A stretch of DNA of 64,000 nucleotides from a virus, in IMG/VR virus record IMGVR_UViG_3300045738_001221, positions 1 to 64,000 of that record; one strand, given 5' to 3'. Both the position numbers and the translations under genes were made by a program. The notes under the pieces are model-generated. The model was not told where the DNA came from. It searched no databases and was given only the letters and a program-made list of their open reading frames with translations. This document shows, piece by piece, positions 8,548-18,028 of this stretch; position 1 is the first letter of the stretch; each line of letters starts with the position of its first letter.

Positions 8548-9272
8548 CCGTCATACTTAATGGCTACAGAAGACCTAGAAATCTACCTCTCCAAATAGAG
8601 GCGGTTAGAAATCAGTCAGTAAAGCCAGAAGAGATATGGCTATGGATAAATCACCATGAGGATTTTTATGAAGGCCAGTGGGGGCAAGTAGATTACGACG
8701 TAGACAGGGTTATTAAAAATGATTATAATTGGAAATATTTTGGCAGATTCGCCTTAGCTATGCTTGCTCAAACAGATTTTGTCGCTCTTTTTGACGACGA
8801 TACTGTTCCGGGAAGTCTTTGGTTACAAAATTGCCTAGACACATACGAAAAACAACCCGCCATATTGGGAGGGGTCGGCCTACAGCTTAACAGCCCAGAG
8901 TACTACATGGAACACGATAGATTTGGATGGCCCTCGCACAATGAAGACACGGTAGAGGTAGACCTAGTGGGACACGCTTGGTTCATAAACAAATCTCACC
9001 TTAAACATATCTGGGCAGAGGAACCCTATACATGGGAAACGGGTGAGGACATTCACTTGTCGGCCATGGCTCAAATTCATGGCAATATCCCAACATATGT
9101 CCCTCCCCATCCCCCTCTCGAAACCAGTAAGTCTAGTTCTCTATATGGATATGAACTTGGCGTTGACGACAAGACTACCTCTGTAACGAACCAGCAGGAA
9201 TTCTTTTCTTTAAGAGATAAGTGTATCCAGCACTACATTAAAAGGGGCTGGAAGTTTGTAAAGGAGAATTAG
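8538..9272 (+). CDS. Glycosyltransferase (GT-A, GT2-like)
   Basis: ITVILNGYRR, LFDDD, GEDIHLS. Confidence 0.75.
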   Translation: MSITVILNGYRRPRNLPLQIEAVRNQSVKPEEIWLWINHHEDFYEGQWGQVDYDVDRVIKNDYNWKYFGRFALAMLAQTDFVALFDDDTVPGSLWLQNCLDTYEKQPAILGGVGLQLNSPEYYMEHDRFGWPSHNEDTVEVDLVGHAWFINKSHLKHIWAEEPYTWETGEDIHLSAMAQIHGNIPTYVPPHPPLETSKSSSLYGYELGVDDKTTSVTNQQEFFSLRDKCIQHYIKRGWKFVKEN

Positions 9273-9273
9273 T

Positions 9274-10149
9274 TTGAATCCACAAGATCCATGCCAATGC
9301 AGCTCTCCCGGATTCTGCGAACGCTATCTCATCGGAGTAGACGAGACAGTTTGGGCCCTGTGCAAAGAAAGAGAGGACTACAGGGAAAGATTTTATGAAT
9401 TGTCTCTGGAAAGGATTGATCTAAAGCGGGAAAGACTAGAGGAAGTAGACAGACTAAGGTCAGAAAACTACTCTTCTTCCGTTGCTGCCATCTTTATGTG
9501 CGATGGAATGTTTGACTTTCTTAGGTCTAGATTTTTTAAAAAAGAACTTTTACACTCTATAGACATATCAATAAAAGGACTTGAAAGATCCGGCACAGGC
9601 TTTATACATGCTTTGCTAGAAAAGAACCTCCTCTCTTCTTCTGTTGGGCAGTCCGAGAAACACCACTTTCCAGAAGATTCAAGCTGCACGGCAAGCAGAG
9701 TTGTTATATGCACCAAGAACCCCTACTCTTGGTATCTTAGCTTTCGTGACTTTGGGCAGACCGGTAGATCTGTAGAGAACGCCCGCAACTACACTTCCCC
9801 AGAAGACTGTATAAAATTATGGAACGACTTTCACAATTCTTGGCTTAATAGTGGGCATGATATTTTTTTGCTAAAATACGAGGATATTCTCGAAGATGAG
9901 CTTTCTTGGATCAAGAACATTGCTTGTTACTTTGGAGTCAGAAATACAGAAAATTATTTTGGAGTCAAAGTCTATGTAAATAACTATGTTAACAGGTTAA
10001 CAACCTTGTTGGCTGGCGATTTTAACAGAAAAGAATATTTTTTGTCAAAAAGTTATGTAAACGAAATGAGAGATGAGGATATAATTTCTATATACAACAA
10101 TTTAGACGACAAAGTTTTAGATATGCTAGGATATTCAAAGGAGCCTTAA
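9274..10149 (+). CDS. Sulfotransferase-like protein with N-terminal Cys-rich extension
   Basis: GLERSGT (5'-PSB-like), KNPYSWYLS (3'-PB-like), LKYEDI; N-terminal CQC...FCER. Confidence 0.65.
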   Translation: MNPQDPCQCSSPGFCERYLIGVDETVWALCKEREDYRERFYELSLERIDLKRERLEEVDRLRSENYSSSVAAIFMCDGMFDFLRSRFFKKELLHSIDISIKGLERSGTGFIHALLEKNLLSSSVGQSEKHHFPEDSSCTASRVVICTKNPYSWYLSFRDFGQTGRSVENARNYTSPEDCIKLWNDFHNSWLNSGHDIFLLKYEDILEDELSWIKNIACYFGVRNTENYFGVKVYVNNYVNRLTTLLAGDFNRKEYFLSKSYVNEMRDEDIISIYNNLDDKVLDMLGYSKEP

Positions 10150-10151
10150 AT

Positions 10152-11156
10152 ATGCTACTCATTTCTTTTGGAACTAGACCGGAATGGATTAAGATAAAGC
10201 CCATAGTAGACGAAATAGAAGGGGAAATTCCCTATAAGATACTGTTTACTGGTCAGCACACTTCTTTAGTTGAAGAGTACTTAGAGGATACTTTCATACT
10301 AAATGATATAGGGGACGGGGACAATCGCCTAGACTCTATTGTCTGCTCTTTGCTAAACAAGGATCACCTCTTCAATAATGTAACCCATGTTCTCGTTCAA
10401 GGTGACACCACTTCTGCATTTGCCGTAGCGCTCGCCGCCTTTCACCGCAAGATTCCTGTTATTCACTTAGAAGCAGGTCTTCGCACGTTTGACACAGACA
10501 ACCCCTATCCAGAAGAGTTTAACCGAACAGCTATTTCAGCCTTGGCCGATATTCACCTTTGTCCCACAGACACATCCGCCTCAAACGTCCTATCTATGGT
10601 TGGACACAATAGTAAAATATATGTTACGGGCAATACAGTTTTAGACAATCTCGTTGGGCTGGAGCCCACAACGAGCGATATTGTCTTGATAACTATGCAC
10701 CGTCGTGAAAACCACGCACGAATGCACGAATGGTTCAAGGCCATAAGCTTTCTTGCTCTCGAAAACCCAGACTTACAATTTGTCCTCCCCCTACACCCCA
10801 ACCCGAATGTTTGCAAGCACAAACACTTACTAACCGATGTAACCGTAATAGACCCCCTTTCATATGGTCAATGCATTGACCTTATAAGAACTTGCAAAAC
10901 TATTATAACAGATAGCGGAGGAATACAAGAGGAGTCCTCTTTTTTCAAGAAAAAATGCATTGTTTGCAGAAAGGTGACAGAAAGAGCAGAAGGAATTGGA
11001 ACTTTTGCTTACATTTGCAAAGAACCCCCAGAGCTAAAGCCCCTATTTGATAGTATAATTTCCAGTGGAGAATTTGTTGTAGAGGAAGAATGTCCCTACG
11101 GAAATGGGCACGCCGCCGACAAGATAATGAAAATATTTAGGCTAGAAAATATTTAA
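10152..11156 (+). CDS. wecB: UDP-N-acetylglucosamine 2-epimerase
   Basis: GTRPE, TGQH, QGDT, HLEAGLR, PEEFNR, HRREN, TDSGGIQEE, PYGNG. Confidence 0.95.
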   Translation: MLLISFGTRPEWIKIKPIVDEIEGEIPYKILFTGQHTSLVEEYLEDTFILNDIGDGDNRLDSIVCSLLNKDHLFNNVTHVLVQGDTTSAFAVALAAFHRKIPVIHLEAGLRTFDTDNPYPEEFNRTAISALADIHLCPTDTSASNVLSMVGHNSKIYVTGNTVLDNLVGLEPTTSDIVLITMHRRENHARMHEWFKAISFLALENPDLQFVLPLHPNPNVCKHKHLLTDVTVIDPLSYGQCIDLIRTCKTIITDSGGIQEESSFFKKKCIVCRKVTERAEGIGTFAYICKEPPELKPLFDSIISSGEFVVEEECPYGNGHAADKIMKIFRLENI

Positions 11157-12046
11157 TGAAAATTTTAGTTACCGGAGGGCGAGGCTTTATAGGAAGCCAC
11201 TTTGTAGAGGAAGCCCTTAAAAAAAACCATGTCATTGTTGACATAGACAAGATGGGATATGCTTCTCATAAAAAATTGCCGTGGGATAGCTCCTCACACT
11301 ATGAACTCATAAAAGAAGACATTAGCACTCTTTTTCACCTCCCGAACTCAGATTTGATCGTCAATTTTGCCGCCGAAAGCCATGTTGATAATTCAATTCG
11401 AGATTCAAGACCCTTCATAGACAGTAGCGTGCTAGGGGTTTGGAATTTATTGGAGTTACTTAGAGGCAAGCCTGAATACAACCGCCCTCTTTTTTTTCAC
11501 ATAAGCACAGACGAAGTTTACGGAGACCGACCGGTGGGCTCTTTTACAGAGAACGACTGTCTTTTACCGAGCAATCCCTACTCGGCTACCAAGGCGGCGG
11601 CAGAAATGCTGGTCGTTGCATACGCTAGAACTTACGGAATAGACTATATAATAACTAGAAGCAGCAATAATTATGGAGAAAGACAATATGAGGAAAAATT
11701 AATTTCCAAATGTATCTCTTCCTTACAGAATAATAAAAAAATTCCCGTTCACGGAGACGGCTCTTACATAAGAGACTGGCTCTATGTAAAGGACAACGTG
11801 GCAGCAATATTTCACATTATTGAAAGCGGAATTAAGAACGACTGTTTCAATGTGGGTGCAGAAAACTACATGACAAATCTAGAGGTAGTTCGTACTGTCA
11901 TCGAGTGGCTTGATAGAGAAGAAGACAGTATAGAGTTTGTTCCCAACCGGTGGGGTCAGGACGTTAGATATGCTATTGACACAACTAAACTGCGGAATTT
12001 GGGATGGTTTCCCTCTTGTCCGCAAGGTCTATTCAAATGGTTCTAA
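11156..12046 (+). CDS. rmlB: dTDP-glucose 4,6-dehydratase
   Basis: GGRGFIG, AAESHVD, HISTDEVYG, PYSATKAA, NNYG, RDWLYV. Confidence 0.9.
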   Translation: MKILVTGGRGFIGSHFVEEALKKNHVIVDIDKMGYASHKKLPWDSSSHYELIKEDISTLFHLPNSDLIVNFAAESHVDNSIRDSRPFIDSSVLGVWNLLELLRGKPEYNRPLFFHISTDEVYGDRPVGSFTENDCLLPSNPYSATKAAAEMLVVAYARTYGIDYIITRSSNNYGERQYEEKLISKCISSLQNNKKIPVHGDGSYIRDWLYVKDNVAAIFHIIESGIKNDCFNVGAENYMTNLEVVRTVIEWLDREEDSIEFVPNRWGQDVRYAIDTTKLRNLGWFPSCPQGLFKWF

Positions 12047-12047
12047 A

Positions 12048-13733
12048 ATGTGTGGAATTGTAGGATACTGCGGATCACCGGAAGCCCTTCCTTTTTTAAT
12101 TACTGGATTAAAAAGGTTGGAGTATCGTGGCTACGATAGTCGTGGCTTTGCAGTTCAGAACGATGGAGTTACATCCATTCATAAAACTGTAGACCTGCAA
12201 TCCGAAACTCCCCTCCTTGAGGGCGGCCTAGGGGTTGGGCACACAAGATGGGCAACCACAGGCAAGGTCACCGACACAAATGCTCACCCCCACCAACACA
12301 AGGGAATTTCGGTTGTTCACAATGGAATAGTAGGCACCTATAAGGATCTCAAAGAGGAGCTTTTAAAGTTAGGTCACTCTTTTTCTTCAGAAACTGATTC
12401 CGAGGTCATTCCTCATGCTATTTCAGAATGGGGCATCGAGGAAGCCATCAAAAGGCTAGGCGATGACTGTGGTGCATTTTTAGCGATAGACGATTCAGAT
12501 CCAAACAAGATGTGGGCCTACTCAGACGGCGCTCCTCTCCTAATATCCGGTAGATATATTGCTAGCGATATCAATGCGTTGTCAGGATACACCGATCAAG
12601 CGTATAGGATAATTCCCAAAAGACTTCTTGTGATCGAAAAAGACATGAAGACCAAAGACTTCAAAGAAATGTGGCTTAATAATCTTGATCGTGACAATCC
12701 CATAAAAACTTTTGATATGAGAGAAAACGACAAGGGGCCATTTGAACACTACATGCTAAAGGAAATACATGAGCAACCCAACTGCTTGAAAGATATGTCG
12801 GGACGCATGTGTCCTGCCTACATAACGGCTCCTAAATTGCAACGGGCCGTTATACTAGGCTGCGGGACAAGCTATTACGCAGGCTTACTTTTAAAGCGAT
12901 ATCTCAAGGAAACCCATTCAGTAGAAACCTCGGTAGACTATGCCAGTGAGTTTGAATATAATGGTATAGACGATGGCACATACTATATTGCAATAAGCCA
13001 GAGTGGAGAAACTAAAGATGTTATTAATTCCATTAAGGACATACCTGCCCACAGAGTAATAACCTTTCACAATTCGCCCAACTCCACAATTACTAACTAT
13101 TCAAAACATAATAATTACATTCAAGCCGGTCTAGAGATAGGTGTGGCGGCGACTAAAACCTTTACAGCTAGCTGTATGAAGATGTGGCATTTTACGGAAT
13201 GGCTTAAGGACGAGAGCTACCATAAAAACTACGAACTTGCAGAAGATGTTAATTCCGTAATCAACATGTCAGATACGATATTCCATATAGCAGAACAAGT
13301 TTATCAGTACGACAACTTCTTGATTTTAGGATCTAGATATCACTATCCAATTGCCCTAGAGACAGCTCTAAAGATAAAGGAGGTTGCATATGTCCACGCC
13401 GAGGCGATGCCAGCCGCAGAAATGAAGCATGGCCCTTTGGCGCTTGTGGATTCAATGATACCCTCCGTTGTTTTTTGTATGGAGGGAGATGCCCACCAAA
13501 GAATTAAACACAACATTGAAGAAATAAAGAGCCGAGAAGGAAAGGTCTTGGTGATAACCAACTTAGATGACGTTGAAGCCGACTGGGTTATTAAAGTTCC
13601 AAAGAACAAACCCCCTTTGCAGCCCATTATTTCAGTAACGGCAGCGCAATTGCTTTCTTATCATATAGCAACCCTCCGAGGATGCAACGTAGACAGACCA
13701 AGGAATTTGGCGAAATCAGTAACAGTTCTATGA
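12048..13733 (+). CDS. glmS: Glutamine--fructose-6-phosphate transaminase
   Basis: True start MCGIVG at 12048 (catalytic Cys1); GHTRWAT, HNG, SQSGET, VAATKT, KHGP, PRNLAKSVT. Confidence 0.95.
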   Translation: MCGIVGYCGSPEALPFLITGLKRLEYRGYDSRGFAVQNDGVTSIHKTVDLQSETPLLEGGLGVGHTRWATTGKVTDTNAHPHQHKGISVVHNGIVGTYKDLKEELLKLGHSFSSETDSEVIPHAISEWGIEEAIKRLGDDCGAFLAIDDSDPNKMWAYSDGAPLLISGRYIASDINALSGYTDQAYRIIPKRLLVIEKDMKTKDFKEMWLNNLDRDNPIKTFDMRENDKGPFEHYMLKEIHEQPNCLKDMSGRMCPAYITAPKLQRAVILGCGTSYYAGLLLKRYLKETHSVETSVDYASEFEYNGIDDGTYYIAISQSGETKDVINSIKDIPAHRVITFHNSPNSTITNYSKHNNYIQAGLEIGVAATKTFTASCMKMWHFTEWLKDESYHKNYELAEDVNSVINMSDTIFHIAEQVYQYDNFLILGSRYHYPIALETALKIKEVAYVHAEAMPAAEMKHGPLALVDSMIPSVVFCMEGDAHQRIKHNIEEIKSREGKVLVITNLDDVEADWVIKVPKNKPPLQPIISVTAAQLLSYHIATLRGCNVDRPRNLAKSVTVL

Positions 13734-14539
13734 AAAATTTCAAAGAAGAATTTTTTAAAATGCTATCTCTAGTTCAAGGGGGCACCCCTTTCGCCCTCTC
13801 TAGATTTTCTGATGGAGAGGTCACCGTACTTAAAAATAAAAGGCTTGTTCTCGCTGAAAATTATTTTATTCAGGGCGATGTTTATGGAGACAATGCAGTT
13901 CAAGCGCCAATACCCTACATGGAAGAGGAGAGAAAGGAATTTTGTCCAGACCAACATTCTTTTTATCAAAAGAAACTTATAGAATCTTTCAAATTTAGAA
14001 AGAAGAATTACTTCAAGGGAATTCCCGGCACGAACGAGTGGGGTAGCGATTCTTTTCACTACTGCGTAGCTCTTTACGAAGAGGGAGACACAGAGCACCT
14101 TACATTTGCTAATGTTTTGATCAACGGGAATTACGATCTCTTTATGAAGACGATGGTTCCTCAATTCAAGAACAGAAATATAGTAATTGTATGCAACGAA
14201 AATGCTAACTTTGAGGACCTACCCTTTGACATTCAAAAAGACTTTAGGGTGGGATCAAATTGTATGATAAATGACTATGCCCTTATAGATGAGATGAAAA
14301 ATTACATCAGAGAAAATAACATTAAAAACCATGTGTTTCTCTTCTCGGCCGCGACCCTAAGTAATTTTTTAATATATGAACTGTATAAAGAGTTTGACGA
14401 CAACCAATACATCGACATCGGCTCCGCCCTTTCACCCCTTCTCGGTTTGGAGGGCTGGCGAGGCACGCGAGTTTATTTACGTTGTTACTGGGAGGGTGAA
14501 AATAATTCTATCATAAGGCAGGAAGATTCATGGGGCTAA
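13730..14539 (+). CDS. DUF1792/GT-D-fold-like glycosyltransferase
   Basis: SRFSDGE N-terminal motif and C-terminal YIDIGS. Confidence 0.6.
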   Translation: MKNFKEEFFKMLSLVQGGTPFALSRFSDGEVTVLKNKRLVLAENYFIQGDVYGDNAVQAPIPYMEEERKEFCPDQHSFYQKKLIESFKFRKKNYFKGIPGTNEWGSDSFHYCVALYEEGDTEHLTFANVLINGNYDLFMKTMVPQFKNRNIVIVCNENANFEDLPFDIQKDFRVGSNCMINDYALIDEMKNYIRENNIKNHVFLFSAATLSNFLIYELYKEFDDNQYIDIGSALSPLLGLEGWRGTRVYLRCYWEGENNSIIRQEDSWG

Positions 14540-14910
14540 AATTAGTAGATTGCAGCAGAAAGTATTGGGATTTTGTAATGGAGCTTAGGAACGGCCTGAG
14601 AGAAGGGTTTGTTTGTCAAGGCTTAATTGAAAAAGAAGATCATTACAAATATATGGAAAAGTATTCTGATCATTATTACATATGTTTAGAGGGCGAGATA
14701 CCCGTAGGCTGGGTAGGAAGTATAGACCAAGACATTCGAGTGGCTACACATCCTGACCACCAAAAAAAGGGGATCGGTAAATTTTTGATTAACGAGGTAA
14801 TGGTTCGCCATCCAGATGCTTTTGCGAAGGTAAAATTAGATAACGAAGCTAGCATTAGACTGTTTGAATCCTGTGACTTTAAGAAAAAATATTATATCTT
14901 AGAAAAATGA
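14530..14910 (+). CDS. GNAT acetyltransferase (PseH-like)
   Basis: HPDHQKKGIG, NEASIRLFE. Confidence 0.8.
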   Translation: MGLKLVDCSRKYWDFVMELRNGLREGFVCQGLIEKEDHYKYMEKYSDHYYICLEGEIPVGWVGSIDQDIRVATHPDHQKKGIGKFLINEVMVRHPDAFAKVKLDNEASIRLFESCDFKKKYYILEK

Positions 14911-15827
14911 ATTACGACGGAAAGGAAACATACTCTTGTCACCCTACAGTACTTAATAAATTATTCATAGACTCTTTTGAGCAGCATAAAACGTTAAGAG
15001 ATGCTGACCTTTTAAACCCACGTCTGGTTGGTCCGCGTAAGAACGGATGTTCCTGCAAGGATTGCATAACGATAAACAGCTTTGATGATGATATATTTGT
15101 AGTAATTCAAGGCCACACAGAACACATAGCCGATATTTTACGAAGCTATGGCGGCTATAAAAATATCATTTGGGCTTTAGACGATAAATGTTCTATTAAA
15201 GATTACGATATGATTAGTTCCCATTCGCAGATAAATACTTGCGTGGCTGATGTTGGTGATTTCGGTGGGTTCGGCAATGTAAATTTTCAAACAAGATCGA
15301 CTGTCGCGGGTGTAAAATACGCTAAATCTTTAGGAGCAAAATATTGTATTAAAATACGTTCTGATATGGCGTTCTTTCCCTTGCATAAATTTATTAATAG
15401 TATGAATTTTGATAAATTAGGATTTTTATACCACTCCGATTTTGGATATTTTGATTTTGATAAGCCAGACTATGGCGTCCATCAATACAAAAGGTCTTTT
15501 GTTGAGCATTACGAATTAGAGGATAATCACAACATATCTAACGATTACGTGTGTGATTTCTGTGTGACTGGGCCAGTAGATGAGGTGATTGATTTTTTTG
15601 ATTGGGAAGAATCGACCCTCGTCCCATCTATTGTAGAGTTCAAGCTACTGTGGCATTACATGTTGAGAAAGGGATACTACATGGACACCAGTAAAGAATC
15701 TTTGTTTGAAAAGTTTTATTTTTTTATTGATATGTTACAAAAACAACAAATAGACTTAGTATCGTTTAAGCATAATTATAAAAATCTTACGAACCATAAA
15801 CGACCTCGTGGTTACCTGTATTCCTAA
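14907..15827 (+). CDS. WavE-like lipopolysaccharide synthesis protein
   Basis: IFVVIQG, NVNFQTRSTVAG, YCIKIRSD. Confidence 0.65.
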   Translation: MNYDGKETYSCHPTVLNKLFIDSFEQHKTLRDADLLNPRLVGPRKNGCSCKDCITINSFDDDIFVVIQGHTEHIADILRSYGGYKNIIWALDDKCSIKDYDMISSHSQINTCVADVGDFGGFGNVNFQTRSTVAGVKYAKSLGAKYCIKIRSDMAFFPLHKFINSMNFDKLGFLYHSDFGYFDFDKPDYGVHQYKRSFVEHYELEDNHNISNDYVCDFCVTGPVDEVIDFFDWEESTLVPSIVEFKLLWHYMLRKGYYMDTSKESLFEKFYFFIDMLQKQQIDLVSFKHNYKNLTNHKRPRGYLYS

Positions 15828-15850
15828 TATCACTGGAGTTCTCACTAAGT

Positions 15851-16462
15851 ATGCTTAGAAATCCATTCCAAATAGTCAGATGGTTTGAGGAAGAAATAGC
15901 CCACTACGCAGGGGCCCCTTATGCCATAGCAACCGATAGCTGCACGAACGCCATCTTCCTATCCTGTAAACATTTAGGCGTAGACGGACACACAGTAACC
16001 ATACCAAAGAGAACATACCTTTCTGTGCCACAATCAATTAGACAGGCTGACGGAATTTTACAGTTTGAAGATCTAGACTGGCAAGGAATTTATCAACTGA
16101 AACCATTCCCTATTTATGATGCGGCCAAAAGACTGACTTCCGATATGTACATACCCGGAAGCCTTATGTGTCTATCTTTTCATTTCAAAAAGCATTTAAA
16201 AATTGGGAAAGGGGGAATGATTCTGACTGACGACGTAGTGGCACTCGAACGTATAAAAAGGATGCGGTACGAAGGAAGAACAGAAGGAATTTCTTATCAT
16301 GAAGATATAATAGATGAGGAGGGATGGAATATGTACATGACTCCTGAGCAGGCAGCAAGAGGCCTAATATTGCTGAGTAACTATCCAGAGCACGCAGAGG
16401 ATCAAATTGAAAATCCTCCCTATAGAGACCTGACTGAATTCAATCTATTTAAAGGACTTTAA
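15851..16462 (+). CDS. Compact DegT/DnrJ/EryC1-family PLP aminotransferase
   Basis: FEEEIAHYAG, SCTNAI, YDAA, SFHFKKHLKIGKGGM; only 203 aa. Confidence 0.75.
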   Translation: MLRNPFQIVRWFEEEIAHYAGAPYAIATDSCTNAIFLSCKHLGVDGHTVTIPKRTYLSVPQSIRQADGILQFEDLDWQGIYQLKPFPIYDAAKRLTSDMYIPGSLMCLSFHFKKHLKIGKGGMILTDDVVALERIKRMRYEGRTEGISYHEDIIDEEGWNMYMTPEQAARGLILLSNYPEHAEDQIENPPYRDLTEFNLFKGL

Positions 16463-16463
16463 A

Positions 16464-17267
16464 ATGAAGAAGTCCAATCCGAAGAAGAAGGTTTCCATAG
16501 ACCTGAGCAACCGAAGAACCTTAGCCCAAAGTCTTAGCAATTCACTTCATGCCCTGCTCCAGCTCAACATCGTGCAGGAAGACCAGCGTGCCATCAACGC
16601 GCAACCGATTATCTACCCGTTCCCGGCGGTTAGTCAGATTTATTCTAAGAGCAGATGGGATCAGCTTTCTGAAAAGCAGCAAGAGCAAAGGATAAATCTG
16701 AGCAACCGAAGAACCTTAGTCCAAAGTCTCAACACAAAAGATTATAAAACAGCGGTTGAAGTCGGAGTTAGGCTGGGATGGTTTAGTAAATATATTCTTG
16801 ACCATACAAGCATGAAGGTATTTTGTATTGACCCTTGGGAAAATAATGCCCAACTTTCAAATGCTGAGAGTGCTTTAAGGGAGTGTTCAGAGAGGCTAGC
16901 TCCCTACGGAGAACGCGCGTCAATGGTAAAAGGTTATAGCCAGCAAGAAGCAGAAAAATTTTCAGATGAAAGTATTGATTTCGTTTATATTGATGGCCTT
17001 CATGATTACGAGTCGGTCAAGGGAGACATTAATGGCTGGTGGAGCAAAGTGTCACAAGGAGGCATTCTCTCAGGGCATGATTTCAACAGGAGAAAGTGGA
17101 AAGGCGTTGTTGTTGCTGTAGAGGAATTTTGCAATGAAAATAATACAAATTGTTATTTAACTGGAACTGTTGGAAATGCTATACAATCTTTTTCTGGAGA
17201 TATAGATGAATATGATGGGGACGAACTTAGTTGGGTAATTATAAAAGGAGACAGTGATGTTGTCTAG
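16464..17267 (+). CDS. Class I SAM-dependent methyltransferase (Methyltransf_24-like)
   Basis: VEVGVRLG, IDPW, DFVYIDGLHDY, GGILSGHD. Confidence 0.85.
   Translation: MKKSNPKKKVSIDLSNRRTLAQSLSNSLHALLQLNIVQEDQRAINAQPIIYPFPAVSQIYSKSRWDQLSEKQQEQRINLSNRRTLVQSLNTKDYKTAVEVGVRLGWFSKYILDHTSMKVFCIDPWENNAQLSNAESALRECSERLAPYGERASMVKGYSQQEAEKFSDESIDFVYIDGLHDYESVKGDINGWWSKVSQGGILSGHDFNRRKWKGVVVAVEEFCNENNTNCYLTGTVGNAIQSFSGDIDEYDGDELSWVIIKGDSDVV
16503..16729 (+). repeat. 32-bp direct repeat, 195 bp apart, in frame
   Basis: CTGAGCAACCGAAGAACCTTAG(C/T)CCAAAGTCT at 16503-16534 and 16698-16729. Confidence 0.9.
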
Positions 17268-18027
17268 AGAATGGCTTCAGAAAACTAAACTTTCAGAAAT
17301 AAAAGAGATACCTCCAGAATGTAACAAGTTGTTTATAGACGTAGGGACTGCAATAGACGCCCCTAATTCAGCAGCATGGATTTTTGACTATAAAGAAGCC
17401 TTTGTAATTGGAATAGAGCCAAGCCCTATCAATATGGAGATACTTAAGAAGGGTCGTCCCCATGTGGATAACTTACCGTACTTATGTCTGGACGCAGGGC
17501 ATGCCGTATTAAATGATCAGAAGAAAGAGATAGGAGGCCGGTTTCAATTATTGGAATGTGCTATAGGCAATGTAGAAGACCCTACTCTTTTACCTTTCTA
17601 CTTCACAAACGAAATAAACACAGGATGTTCAAGTTTACTAAAACCCACTATTAAGTTGGATCTAATCTTCGGCACTTCTTGTGTCGATAAGGTTTGTAAT
17701 GTTCCAGTGATTTCGCTAAAAGATGTTTTAGATAATATTCCTTTTAAAGAATTTGGATATGTTACTTATCTAAAAACTGATTGTCAAGGAACTGACCTAG
17801 AGGTAGTCAAAAGCTGCAAAAAATACTTGAAGAGCGTGCTATTAATTCAAATGGAAGTTCAGACAGGCGGACAATACGAAAAAGAACAAAGTATAGAAGA
17901 TATAGATTCTTTCATGCGGTCTGCTGGATTTGTCCAGAAAGCCGAGCACCCTTATGACCGAGTCTATATCAATGAAGACCTTGCAAGATCTGTAGAAGTC
18001 CCAGAAGTGAGATTCATATCAACATAA
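17254..18027 (+). CDS. FkbM-family methyltransferase-like protein
   Basis: FIDVG, GIEP, GCSSLL, YLKTDCQGTDLEV. Confidence 0.75.
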   Translation: MMLSREWLQKTKLSEIKEIPPECNKLFIDVGTAIDAPNSAAWIFDYKEAFVIGIEPSPINMEILKKGRPHVDNLPYLCLDAGHAVLNDQKKEIGGRFQLLECAIGNVEDPTLLPFYFTNEINTGCSSLLKPTIKLDLIFGTSCVDKVCNVPVISLKDVLDNIPFKEFGYVTYLKTDCQGTDLEVVKSCKKYLKSVLLIQMEVQTGGQYEKEQSIEDIDSFMRSAGFVQKAEHPYDRVYINEDLARSVEVPEVRFIST

Positions 18028-18028
18028 T

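Noticed and set aside
11937-12047. N-terminal extension of GlmS from the ORF track
   Set aside because: GlmS needs Cys at position 1 after Met removal; the true start is ATG 12048.
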